Below, in pieces: positions 53,621 through 62,927 of a stretch of DNA of 64,000 bases. The notes beneath the pieces were generated by a model that had not been told where the DNA came from, made no database searches, and saw only the letters and a program-made list of their open reading frames with translations. Position numbers and translations under genes: made by a program. Within the stretch, counting starts at the first letter, position 1; every line of letters starts with the position of its first letter. The DNA comes from an uncultured virus (IMG/VR IMGVR_UViG_3300049172_000101) (lineage: Duplodnaviria; Heunggongvirae; Uroviricota; Caudoviricetes): IMG/VR virus record IMGVR_UViG_3300049172_000101; one strand, written 5' to 3'.

Positions 53621-56600
53621 TCAGCCGTTCGCCGACGACGGCGGCAGGAAGCAGGGGGCGACGCGCCAGCCGTCGGGCACGCTGTCCTGCCGCTGCCCGT
53701 CCTCGTCGAGGTAGTAGATCGAGTCGTCGCAGCACACCATCCGTGTCCACGACCGCGTCTCCGGGATCACCTGGTAGAACACGCGCAGGTGCACCATGAG
53801 GCCGGCGCCGCCGCCCACGGTCTCCTCGACGTCGAGGTAGAGCGCGTTGCGGCCGGCCTTGGCGCCGGGGATGGTGTCCGGCCCGAAGGTGTAGGTCGTG
53901 CCGTTGTGCGTGGCCGTGGCGGGCAGCGGCTGCCAGGCGCCGTCGTTCAGGCGGAACGCGCGCCCGGCCTGGTCGGCGTTGAACACAGTCGCCTGCACCC
54001 GGATGGTCGCCGGGTCCGCGTTGTCCGGCAGGTCGAAGAACGCCCGCGGGTACCAGTGAGTGTTCAGCAGCGACGGGCCCTCGTTGGGCCGCGGCGGGCT
54101 CGCCTGCGCCGAGCGGCCGTCCGGGTGCGGGCTCACCCACCACGCCGGCCGTGCCGTGTCGGAGTCCCGCACCGTCCAGTCAGCGGAGAACTGGAACTGG
54201 TACATGTCGTACCAGGGCGGGTTCGCCACGCTCAGGTCCGTGGTCCACTTCCACACCGGATCGATGCTGTTGTCGTTGCGGTGCTGCTCGTTGCTGATGA
54301 ACTCGCGGGTCTGCACGGGGATCTGCTGGATGCACACCTGGACGGGCTGGCAGCAGGCGTCGTTCCCGCAGGTGAGGACGGCGCTCGCGGGCAGTGAGGC
54401 CCGGGTGTTTGCGTCCACGACCGTGATGCGGCCTTGGCAGTCCGCCAGTTTGACGGCCTGCCACGGCGCCGTCTCTGTGACGACGTCACACAGCCGCTCG
54501 AAGTGCGGCGCCGGCGGGTCCCCGAACCCGACGCTCGTGAGCGTCAACCTCACAGGCTTCGAGAACTCGACCCTGATCCGGTCGCCCTGGTCGACGTTCA
54601 ACTTCTTCGGGTCCGAGTTCCTGGCCAGCCCGTTACCGGCCAGAGAGCGCAGCGTCACGGTGACGCCGCCGATCGTGGCCGTGCCCACGTAGTCGGGGGC
54701 GGACTGGGTCGGGTGGAGGGGGATCGCCGGGGCGAACGCCGTGAAGTCGATCTCACCGCCGAGGTCCGCGCTCAGGAACCCGATCGCGGAGACTGACCCC
54801 GTGCTCGTGCCGTAGGTGCCCTCCCAGGAGGTGACCCGGTCACCGAAGCCCCAGGTCGGGTTGGGCGCGGTGGCGAGCCAGCAGCCCGGGTACGCGCTGC
54901 TGTTCGGGTCGAAACCGATCGGCCGGTCCGGCAGGGAGTAGGTGCACTCGTCCACCACCGTCAGGTTGCACGGCGGCTCCTGCGTGCACTGGCCGACAGT
55001 CCCGCGCACGGTGTACGGCGTGACACCGTCCAGCTCGGTGTCGGTGACGCTGGTGACCTGCCCGGTGCAGTCGCGGCAGATCCGGCGGAGGAACTGGCCG
55101 CTGGGGATCACGGTGATCGCGCCGGCGTAGTAGGTGAAAAACGTCGTGCACGCCGCGATACGGCTGCCCTTGCCGGGCTGCGTCACGAACGTCGTGACCT
55201 CGTCGCGGGTCCGGAACCTGGGCAGGTTCTCGGTCTGGGGGTCCGTCACATACGAGCACGGGTCCCCCGTAGCGGGCGGCACACGGGTCAGCAGACCGCT
55301 CGCCGCATCGTAGGAGTAGCCGTCCGGCATCTGCACGACGTCCAGCCCGGCGGGGAGCTGCGCCACGTTGCTCGGGGGGTTCGTCGTGCTTCCGATGAGG
55401 TAGACCGAGAACTCGACGATCGACGGCCTTGACAACGTGAACTTGGTGGGGGCGTCGGCCAGGTTGGGGAAGCTGTGGAGGCCCCACCAGGCGCCGTCAC
55501 TGCTGCTGATCTTCGGCGGCATCGCGTTGCCCTCGCCGACCGGGCCCGCGTTGCGCGCGGTCCAGGCGATGCCGTTCGGCAGGGTGCCGGAGGAGGCGGT
55601 CCCGGTGATCGTGGCCGGGGTGCCCGCGCCGCTGTCACACAGGATCAGCGTCTCGCAGTCCTGGCACTCCGGCGCAGGCGCCGCCGCGGGGCCGATGCAC
55701 GGCACGATCACCGCGTCGCCGACGATGTCGCCGCTGTTCGCATCGCGCACGGTGGGAACGCCCGTGCCCCACTCGACGTAGCCGGACCTCACGGCAGCCC
55801 CGGAGACGACCTCGATGGCGAAGTCGACCGCGGCGTTGCCGGTCAGGGTGATGACCGAGCCGTCCTCGAAGTCGAGCGCCGAGAATGCACTGGGGTTGTC
55901 GGTGACGATCCGGCCCGAGCCGCCGCCGGGCACGGTGAACGTCAGCGTGTGCGGGCCGTTCACCTGAGTGAGCGTGCCGTCCGCGTAGGTCACGCCCGGC
56001 TGCGCGCCCTCCACCAGGGCGGAGACCTGCGCGCCGCCGCAGTCCACGGTCAGCGTCGCCTCGTAGGAGGAAAAGAGGTCGATCTCCCGCCAGCCGATGT
56101 CCGGGGCGACCGTGCCCGTCGACGTCGGGAACTTCGCCAGGTTGGACAGCCGCATCCGGGTCACGCCGTCCAGGTTGCCGACCGGCGTCACGCACGGCGT
56201 GGCATAGGCGCTGTTGCTGCTGTAGGTGCAGGTGACGAGGGGGCCGGTGAACAGGACCGCGTCGGCGGCGTTGTAGAGCGTGACCGTGGCGGAGCCGATG
56301 CCGTCGTTGTCGGTGACAATGCCACCGAAGCCGTTCCACAGCCGGACGGCGGTGACGTTGTCGCGGGGCTCCGACAGCCGGTAGTCGATGACGACGGCGG
56401 TGTTCCCCTGGAACTGGTCGCAGTCGATGACGCCGGTCGGGGCGGACGGGCCGCCTGCACCGGTGAGGTCCCCGTTGAACGTGGTGTCCAGGGCGTCCTG
56501 GAGGATCTGGAAGTTCAGCGGGTTGTCGACCACACGCGCGGAGGTGAAGCGCGGCTGCGGGATGTCCGTGATCTGCACGTTGCTGCACGGGCCGTAGGAG

Positions 56601-57763
56601 GTCGTGGACCGGTAGCAGACCATCTCCCGGTCCGGGCCGTCCGAGGTGAGCGGCTGGCAGGCGCCGGGCGTGCCGAGGACCGTGTACGGGGTGGTGCCGT
56701 TCAGGGCGGTGTCGGTGACGGCGGTGACCGTGCCGTCGCAGGTCCGGCAGATGGTCCGCAGGAAACTGGTCGGCTCGGGGTTGAGTGTGATGCCACCGAA
56801 CTGGAACGGGCCGATCTCCGTGCAGGCCGGGGCCGCAGCTCCGAGGTAGTGCACCTGGAATGACGGCACGGGGGTGGTGATGAGGAACCGCGCCGACGTG
56901 GCGTTGAGCGGGGTCTGGAAGGTCGAGCACGGCGCCTGATTGGCAGTGGCATCCACCGTGAGCCTGCCGGTTGCCGCGTCGTAGGCGTAGCCGGCCGGGA
57001 GGTTGATGACCGTGAGCCCGGCGGGGAGCTGCGCCGTAGCGGGCGTGCCGCCGCCACCGCCGCTGTAGCGCATGACGACGCTGAAAGCGACCGTGGCCGG
57101 CGAGTCCAGCTCGACCGTGGTCAGCCCGTAGGCGGCATTGGGATAGGTGGCGACCGTCCACCAGGCGCCGTCCGCGGTGTCCTTGACCGACTCGAACGGC
57201 GCATCGGCGTCGCCCAGCACCGTCCACCCGATGCCGTTCTCGGCGACGCCCTGCGCCGCGTTGTCACCCCGGATCACTCCCGGCTGCGTGCCGGACGGGG
57301 AGAGGCGGTCGCAGAGCTGGATGGTCTCGCAGTCGTCGCACTGCGGCGGGATGCAGGCGCCGACGGTGCCGGTCACGGTGTACGGGGCGCCGTCGAGCGT
57401 GAGGTCGGTGTGCCCGTCCGGCTCACCCGTCGCGCAGTCGTAGGAGTAGCGGCGTAGGAACCGGACGGGCTCGCCGCCGGCCGGGGTGTCGCACAGCAGT
57501 TCCGTGTGACTGTCGCAGCCGTTCTCGCCGGGGCAGTGCTTCAGTTCACCCTGCGGCGTGTACGCCTGGCCGGTGGCCGGGTCAACGGTGCGGGTGCCGA
57601 TACGGTCGCCGCTGCTGACGTCGTACACCGGCTCCAGGAGCACCGTCTTGGCGATCGTGCCGTCGGGGAGCACGTCGCACAGGATCTCGGTCTCCACGTC
57701 CACTCTGGTGGGCGGCACCGCCTGGTTGAAGATCACGGGCTGTCCGCAGCCGCATCCGCTCAC
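53621..57763 (-). CDS. Large (about 1380 aa) Cys-rich modular virion protein
   Basis: GTG overlaps the upstream TGA; LCD...FLR...DC.G...LDG.TPY.V.GTVG.C repeats with inserted beta-rich domains. Confidence 0.8.
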   Translation of the reverse strand: MSGCGCGQPVIFNQAVPPTRVDVETEILCDVLPDGTIAKTVLLEPVYDVSSGDRIGTRTVDPATGQAYTPQGELKHCPGENGCDSHTELLCDTPAGGEPVRFLRRYSYDCATGEPDGHTDLTLDGAPYTVTGTVGACIPPQCDDCETIQLCDRLSPSGTQPGVIRGDNAAQGVAENGIGWTVLGDADAPFESVKDTADGAWWTVATYPNAAYGLTTVELDSPATVAFSVVMRYSGGGGGTPATAQLPAGLTVINLPAGYAYDAATGRLTVDATANQAPCSTFQTPLNATSARFLITTPVPSFQVHYLGAAAPACTEIGPFQFGGITLNPEPTSFLRTICRTCDGTVTAVTDTALNGTTPYTVLGTPGACQPLTSDGPDREMVCYRSTTSYGPCSNVQITDIPQPRFTSARVVDNPLNFQILQDALDTTFNGDLTGAGGPSAPTGVIDCDQFQGNTAVVIDYRLSEPRDNVTAVRLWNGFGGIVTDNDGIGSATVTLYNAADAVLFTGPLVTCTYSSNSAYATPCVTPVGNLDGVTRMRLSNLAKFPTSTGTVAPDIGWREIDLFSSYEATLTVDCGGAQVSALVEGAQPGVTYADGTLTQVNGPHTLTFTVPGGGSGRIVTDNPSAFSALDFEDGSVITLTGNAAVDFAIEVVSGAAVRSGYVEWGTGVPTVRDANSGDIVGDAVIVPCIGPAAAPAPECQDCETLILCDSGAGTPATITGTASSGTLPNGIAWTARNAGPVGEGNAMPPKISSSDGAWWGLHSFPNLADAPTKFTLSRPSIVEFSVYLIGSTTNPPSNVAQLPAGLDVVQMPDGYSYDAASGLLTRVPPATGDPCSYVTDPQTENLPRFRTRDEVTTFVTQPGKGSRIAACTTFFTYYAGAITVIPSGQFLRRICRDCTGQVTSVTDTELDGVTPYTVRGTVGQCTQEPPCNLTVVDECTYSLPDRPIGFDPNSSAYPGCWLATAPNPTWGFGDRVTSWEGTYGTSTGSVSAIGFLSADLGGEIDFTAFAPAIPLHPTQSAPDYVGTATIGGVTVTLRSLAGNGLARNSDPKKLNVDQGDRIRVEFSKPVRLTLTSVGFGDPPAPHFERLCDVVTETAPWQAVKLADCQGRITVVDANTRASLPASAVLTCGNDACCQPVQVCIQQIPVQTREFISNEQHRNDNSIDPVWKWTTDLSVANPPWYDMYQFQFSADWTVRDSDTARPAWWVSPHPDGRSAQASPPRPNEGPSLLNTHWYPRAFFDLPDNADPATIRVQATVFNADQAGRAFRLNDGAWQPLPATATHNGTTYTFGPDTIPGAKAGRNALYLDVEETVGGGAGLMVHLRVFYQVIPETRSWTRMVCCDDSIYYLDEDGQRQDSVPDGWRVAPCFLPPSSANG

Positions 57764-59592
57764 AGGTCCACTCCTGTCGTCCAGTTGATCGTTATGGCCC
57801 CGGTGGCGGCCTCGATGGTCAGCGGCCCGATGAGCCGCACGTCCACGTCCCGGGTGATGGACCACTGCGCGGTCTCGCCGTCGTGCAGGGTGCTCGTGCC
57901 GTCGGCGGTGGTGATGGTGCCGGTGCCGCCCCAGGCGGTCGCCTGCACGGCGCGCAGCGTCCCGTGCGCGGCGGCGGTCCAGCTCTGGCCGGCGGCGAGC
58001 TCGACGCGGTGCGCCTGCACGCCGATGGGCCGCTCGGGCACCGCGTCCGGGGAGTCGCAGTCCACCGGCGCGGTGGGGGTGTACGGCCCCGACAGGTCAC
58101 ACAGGTAGGTGCCGAGGCTGGTGACGTTGCCTGCGCAGTCCACGCCGAGCAGCTCGGTATACGTGACGTCCGCGATGCCGTCGCCGTTGGTGTCGTCGCA
58201 GCGCTCGGCCTGGACCAGGTTGGTCACCGGGCAGTCGTCGGGGCCGCAGACGCCCACGGTGCCCGTCACCCGGTAGGGGGTGACGCCGTCCAGGGTGACG
58301 TCCGCGGTGTCGAGGACGTAGCCGCTGCACGTGGTGGTGATCTTCCGCAGGAACGGCGTCGACTGCCCGTCGGCCGTGACGTCGCACAGCATCTCGAACG
58401 TGCTGCCGCACGGCTCCGGGGCCGGGGCCTCGCCGTCGTCGGTGTCGCAGTCGATCGGCGCTACGGGCTTGTAGACGTCCGCCAGGTCGCACGTGCGGGT
58501 GGCGAGGCTGGTGACATTGCCTTCGCAGTCCACCGCGAGGAGCTCGATGTACGTAGTGTCGGGCTGGCCGTCGCCGTCGGTGTCGTCGCAGCGCTCCGCC
58601 TGGATGATGTTCTGGACGTCGCAGCCGGTGTCGCATACGTCGACGGTGCCGCTCGGGGTGTACGCGGCGCCGTCGAGCGTGTAGTCCGTGTGGCCGGTGA
58701 TCTGGCCGTTCTCGTCGCGCATGTAGTCGCGCAGGATGCGGCGCACGCTGCCGTCCGGCCGCGTCTCGCACAGCACGACGAGATCCTTCTCGGGTTGCGC
58801 GACGCCAGCCGGGCAGGTCGTGATCTCGCCCTGTGGCGTATAGGGCTGGCCCGTCGTCGCGTCGACGATGCGGACGCCGGACACGCCGCCGTCCGGGCTG
58901 TAGGTGTACTCGATCAGGACGAGTCCGTACACGGTGCCCGTGCCGGGGTCGACGTCGCAGAACGTGCCGGTCGTTGACACGCTGCGCGGCGTGCCGCACG
59001 CGACTACGCCTGCCGGGGGCTGGCCGGCCGAGTAGGCGCCCGTCGCAAGGTTCAGCCAGCCCTCTTGCCGGATCGCGCCGTCGCAGTCGCGGGTGACGAG
59101 GACGGCGATAGGGGTGCCGTCGGCGAGGCATAGGCCGAGCGTCGCGACGGGGGCGTGTTGCTCGGCGCAGTCCGATCCGCCGTCGCACGAGCGGACGGTG
59201 CCGATGACGACGTGCGGGGTTTCGCCGTCGACTTCTACGTCGATGTAGGCGGCGGTGCCGTTCGACAGGAACGTGAACTTTCGCAGGAACGGGCGGCCGG
59301 AGTCGTCGCAGAGCAGTTCGGTGTGGCACTGCATGGTGCCGTGCTCGCAGTCGACTGGCGAGACGGGCGTGTATGGCTCGGACGGGTCGCCCTGGTAGGT
59401 GAGGACGAGCTGGCTGGTGCCGTCCTGCTGGATGCACCACAGCTCGCTGTAGGTGGTGTCGGGCAGGCCGTCACCGGTTGTGTCGTCGCAGCGCAGGACG
59501 CAGGTTGTGGTGACGCACGTGGGGGGGCATTCGCATTCGCCTCCGCCGCCTCCCCCGGCGCCGCAGGTGCAGCCGCTGTAGGAGATGGCCAT
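57760..59592 (-). CDS. Cys-rich repeat virion protein (610 aa)
   Basis: Three RCDDT.GDG..D.TY.EL repeats plus the same LCD/FLR repeats as the downstream gene. Confidence 0.8.
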   Translation of the reverse strand: MAISYSGCTCGAGGGGGGECECPPTCVTTTCVLRCDDTTGDGLPDTTYSELWCIQQDGTSQLVLTYQGDPSEPYTPVSPVDCEHGTMQCHTELLCDDSGRPFLRKFTFLSNGTAAYIDVEVDGETPHVVIGTVRSCDGGSDCAEQHAPVATLGLCLADGTPIAVLVTRDCDGAIRQEGWLNLATGAYSAGQPPAGVVACGTPRSVSTTGTFCDVDPGTGTVYGLVLIEYTYSPDGGVSGVRIVDATTGQPYTPQGEITTCPAGVAQPEKDLVVLCETRPDGSVRRILRDYMRDENGQITGHTDYTLDGAAYTPSGTVDVCDTGCDVQNIIQAERCDDTDGDGQPDTTYIELLAVDCEGNVTSLATRTCDLADVYKPVAPIDCDTDDGEAPAPEPCGSTFEMLCDVTADGQSTPFLRKITTTCSGYVLDTADVTLDGVTPYRVTGTVGVCGPDDCPVTNLVQAERCDDTNGDGIADVTYTELLGVDCAGNVTSLGTYLCDLSGPYTPTAPVDCDSPDAVPERPIGVQAHRVELAAGQSWTAAAHGTLRAVQATAWGGTGTITTADGTSTLHDGETAQWSITRDVDVRLIGPLTIEAATGAITINWTTGVDL

Positions 59593-59975
59593 CAGCTATC
59601 CCCCTCGGGGTGGGCTTGGCGGCGGTGGGTGTTCCGGCCGCGTTCGGTGGTGAAGGTGCGCGGGCACCGGTCACAGGCGTAGGCGTCGTCGCTGGTGCGG
59701 GCGTCCTCCAGCGGCGCGAAGTCCGAACTCGGTCCGGCCCCGAATGCTTCGGGGGTGGCGACGCCCAGGAGTTCCTGGCCCGCGTCCTCGACGGGTGAGC
59801 GGTAGCGGTGGCCGTCGACGAGGGAGCCGATCAGCAGCTCCTCCGGCATGTGCGTGAACAGGTCCGGGGGGACGGCGAACTCGCTGTGGGAGCAGGTGGC
59901 TACCTGCGGGGTCTGGGCGGTCGCCCACCGGGCGAACGCTGCACGCCGCTCGGGCGCGGGCCGCACTTTGATCAT
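59592..59975 (-). CDS. Small protein with C-terminal C2H2 zinc finger
   Basis: YACDRCPRTFTTERGRNTHRRQAH. Confidence 0.7.
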   Translation of the reverse strand: MIKVRPAPERRAAFARWATAQTPQVATCSHSEFAVPPDLFTHMPEELLIGSLVDGHRYRSPVEDAGQELLGVATPEAFGAGPSSDFAPLEDARTSDDAYACDRCPRTFTTERGRNTHRRQAHPEGDS

Positions 59976-59977
59976 CG

Positions 59978-60814
59978 TCAGCAGCACGTCGAGATCCTCA
60001 CTGCCGCCGCCTCACAGCACGCCACCTCGATCACGGAAGTGCGCTCGGCGAGGACGTACCGGTCATTCAGGCGGGTGTCGATGCTCCCGGCCTCGGTGGG
60101 CGGGATGATGTCGAGCGGCCCGCGCCGCACCCGCACGGGCCCGGTGATGTAGAGCCAGGCCTCGCCGTCGGGTGCTTGGGTGCAGGTCGGCCCGCCGACG
60201 TTCGTGGCGTAGCCGGCGCCCATCACCACGCCGTTGCCCATCAGCGTCTCGGGGCATTGGGTGTCGCGGGTGCGGGTGACGACGTTGCAGCAGCCCAGCA
60301 GCGCTGCCGCGCCGGCAGGGATGTGCAGGATGCCTTCGCCGCCGTAGTGCTCGGCCAGCCAGCCCTCCAGCGCGGCGATGCCCTGCGCGGCCGGCAACGC
60401 CCCCGACGCGGGGGTGAGGTCGTTGTCGGCGGCCATCGTGCACAGGGCGTTCATCATGAACCAGGCCTCGAGGGCGCGCTGCTCGCCCATGCGGAGAGTT
60501 TCCGCAGCGTGCTCGACGGCCTCGTCGTAGGTCATGCCGAACGTGGAGCAGGTGGATCCGGCGTACACGGTGACCGGGTCGAATTCGCATACCCCGGGCC
60601 GGTCGAAGATTTTCGACGGGGGGTTGGGCACGGTGGGGGGCGGGCAGTCCCGCTCCCACGTGTGGGTCTCCGCGCACGACAGCGGCACGAACTGGGTGCC
60701 GTTCAGCTCGTGCAGATCGGTGACGTCTACGACCTCTACGCACCCGCCGAGGAGGCCGTAGGGGCTGGGATTGCCGCGGATGGGGGTTACGGTCTTGCGC
60801 ATCCCTCCCGCCAT
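59978..60814 (-). CDS. Second capsid protein (putative pentamer protein)
   Basis: Follows the major capsid gene; YGL, P.TVYA...C, E.RALE, G.LH and T..GN.V..G.GY motifs recalled from actinophage pentamer proteins. Confidence 0.65.
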   Translation of the reverse strand: MAGGMRKTVTPIRGNPSPYGLLGGCVEVVDVTDLHELNGTQFVPLSCAETHTWERDCPPPTVPNPPSKIFDRPGVCEFDPVTVYAGSTCSTFGMTYDEAVEHAAETLRMGEQRALEAWFMMNALCTMAADNDLTPASGALPAAQGIAALEGWLAEHYGGEGILHIPAGAAALLGCCNVVTRTRDTQCPETLMGNGVVMGAGYATNVGGPTCTQAPDGEAWLYITGPVRVRRGPLDIIPPTEAGSIDTRLNDRYVLAERTSVIEVACCEAAAVRISTCC

Positions 60815-60887
60815 CTGCCTCACGCCCTCTCGCTGTTCGGGCGCAGCCTCGGCCGGCAGATGGCCGAGGCTGCGCGCAAGGGGTGGG

Positions 60888-62534
60888 TTAGGCGGTCGGG
60901 CAGGCGACGGCGGCGCGCGGTCCGACGGAGCCGTCGGCGCACACCGGGATGGTGATGGCGCGAGCCTGGGGGCCGCGGTAGATGAGCGCGTTGCAGGACT
61001 CGAAGAAGAGGGCGGTCATGTCGTTGGTGCGCAGCAGGGTGCTGTCGTGCACCACACCGAGGTTGATCTCCGGGCCGCGGCCCATCTGGAACGCACCGGC
61101 CGGGTAGAGCAGGGCCTGCACGGTGGCGGGCCAGGCGGTGGCGGGGGTGGTGTTGCCGATCTGGGTGGGGACGGCCGGGGGCAGGCCCTTGACCCACTGG
61201 ACGCGGACGCCGAGGTCGGCGAAGGCCTGCTCGACGCAGTTCTGGTTGAGGTCGCAGACGTTGACGCCGTCACGGCGGGCGATGTCGGCGAGGAACATGT
61301 TGCGCGCCCAGTAGGGCAGGACCAGTTCGAGGCCGATCCGCTCGCACAGGCTGAAGCGCTCGGTCATGTCGGCGATCTGCAGGGCGAGCGCCCCGTACAC
61401 GGCGGAGAACGACGCGAAGCTGGTGGCGGTGGTGACGGGCGTGGCCCGGGTGAGGGCCTGCTGGTACATGGCGGCCTTGAGACGCATCTCGTAGGCGACC
61501 ATGGCGCGCCGAATATAGAAGGTGGTCAGCTCGGGGAAGAACCGCTGGGAGAGGATGCCGGCCTGGATGCAGGCGCCGTAGGCGGTGCAGCGGACCTCGA
61601 CCGGGTCCACACAGGGGATCTTGAAGCACGGCTTGGTGGGGTCACCGTCGACCGCGCTGATGTCGTCGGCTTCGGTCCACACCCACGACATCGCGGTGAC
61701 GTCCAGCTCGGGCGTCATGTAGTAGCGCAGCCCGCCCCGGGACAGGTTGAGTTCGGGCAGGTCCCACAGGTTGTCCGGGCAGGAGATCTCGGTGAAGTCG
61801 TAGACGGTCTCCGAGGGGGCGCACCAGCCGCCCGACGCGACGAGGTCGCCGCCCTTCAGACGCTTCTGGTCCGCGGCCCGCATCAGCTTGGTGGTGCCCT
61901 CCTCCGGAGACCCCGCATCGTTGATGATCAGGTCCTGGGAGAACGGCAGCTGATACGACGCGGCGTAGGCCTTGCCGCCGCTCGCGACGAGCCCGGCGAC
62001 CTTGGTGACGGACTCGGTCAGCCCGTCCATGTCCAGGGGCGCGCCGAGAGTGGCGCCGGGGACCTCGGCGGAGGCGACGATCGTGACGGCCGGGGTGCCG
62101 GACTGGGGCATCGGCTGGCGCGGCTGCCGCTCCCGCACCGTGGCGAGGCTGATGATCGGACGCCGCACGACGGCGGAGGACGCGGCGACCTCCTCGACGA
62201 CCGGCTCCTCCTCGGTGGCGGGCTCGGCCGGCTCGTCCGTCTCGGCGGCGGGGCTGTCGTCGGTGTCGGTGACGGCTTCCTCGCCGAGGACCTGGGCGGC
62301 GAGTTCGTCGAGTTCGGCGACGGCGGCCTGGGCGGCTTCGACGCGCTGGGTCTGCTCGGCGCGCAGCGCTTCGATGCCGGTGGCCAGCTCGCGCAGGGCG
62401 GGCAGGTCTTCGGTGGTGAGGTTGGGGTCCTGGCGCCGGGCGTTGAACGCCTCGACGGCGGCGGCGAGGGTGGCGTCGAGGTCCTCGCTGCTGAGGCTGG
62501 TGAAGTCGTCGGGAAGCTGGAAGGGCTCGGACAT
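60888..62534 (-). CDS. Major capsid protein (hexamer type) with N-terminal scaffold-like region
   Basis: Coiled-coil/acidic N-terminus, then LVASGGWCAPSETVYD...LPE....RGG...FPEL; AGGAG RBS. Confidence 0.87.
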   Translation of the reverse strand: MSEPFQLPDDFTSLSSEDLDATLAAAVEAFNARRQDPNLTTEDLPALRELATGIEALRAEQTQRVEAAQAAVAELDELAAQVLGEEAVTDTDDSPAAETDEPAEPATEEEPVVEEVAASSAVVRRPIISLATVRERQPRQPMPQSGTPAVTIVASAEVPGATLGAPLDMDGLTESVTKVAGLVASGGKAYAASYQLPFSQDLIINDAGSPEEGTTKLMRAADQKRLKGGDLVASGGWCAPSETVYDFTEISCPDNLWDLPELNLSRGGLRYYMTPELDVTAMSWVWTEADDISAVDGDPTKPCFKIPCVDPVEVRCTAYGACIQAGILSQRFFPELTTFYIRRAMVAYEMRLKAAMYQQALTRATPVTTATSFASFSAVYGALALQIADMTERFSLCERIGLELVLPYWARNMFLADIARRDGVNVCDLNQNCVEQAFADLGVRVQWVKGLPPAVPTQIGNTTPATAWPATVQALLYPAGAFQMGRGPEINLGVVHDSTLLRTNDMTALFFESCNALIYRGPQARAITIPVCADGSVGPRAAVACPTA

Positions 62535-62562
62535 TGCCGTGACTCCTGGTGTGATCACAGGA

Positions 62563-62580
62563 GCCCGGCCCAAAACCAGC
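62563..62580 (-). promoter_or_regulatory. Late-gene leader box, copy 9
   Basis: GCTGGTTTTGGGCCGGGC, 29 nt upstream of ATG 62534, 10 nt after CACAAT. Confidence 0.85.
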
Positions 62581-62612
62581 GGCGTATTCGATTGTGGTGA
62601 AAGGAATCTTAG

Positions 62613-62654
62613 CTGCATGGGCGGGCGGTGAGCGTCAAGCCGCCCGCCCATGCA
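62613..62654. terminator. Hairpin upstream of the capsid promoter
   Basis: TGCATGGGCGGGCGG...CCGCCCGCCCATGCA 15-bp stem. Confidence 0.7.
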
Positions 62655-62657
62655 AGG

Positions 62658-62927
62658 TTAGGCCGAGGTAGCCGGTTCGGCGGTCTCGTCGGTCGTCTGC
62701 TCAGTCGACGCCTGCTCGGCAGGAGCATCCGGGTCCGGGTCGATCCGGGCGCGCCCCTTCTCGACCCTGTTGTATCTCCCAGCGACGGTCTGCGCCGACT
62801 CCAGATTGTGCGACTGGTAGGCCACGCGTTCCGTGCTGCCGTTGCGCACCAGAACCGTGTACAGGGTGCGGGTGGGCCCGCTGCGTGCTCGGGAGCGCCC
62901 GCTGCTGCCGCACGCGCCGCACGCCAT
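62658..62927 (-). CDS. Small protein, MACGACG start
   Basis: Coupled to the upstream ORF (TGATG). Confidence 0.6.
   Translation of the reverse strand: MACGACGSSGRSRARSGPTRTLYTVLVRNGSTERVAYQSHNLESAQTVAGRYNRVEKGRARIDPDPDAPAEQASTEQTTDETAEPATSA

Noticed and set aside
40301..62580. Leader boxes as CRISPR repeats or recombination sites
   Set aside because: They are dispersed over 22 kb, non-palindromic, fixed relative to start codons, and have no spacers or cas genes.
60771..62600. Long plus-strand ORFs opposite real genes (also 36898..38481, 55475..56863 and many others)
   Set aside because: Shadow ORFs expected in high-GC DNA; no motifs or RBS.
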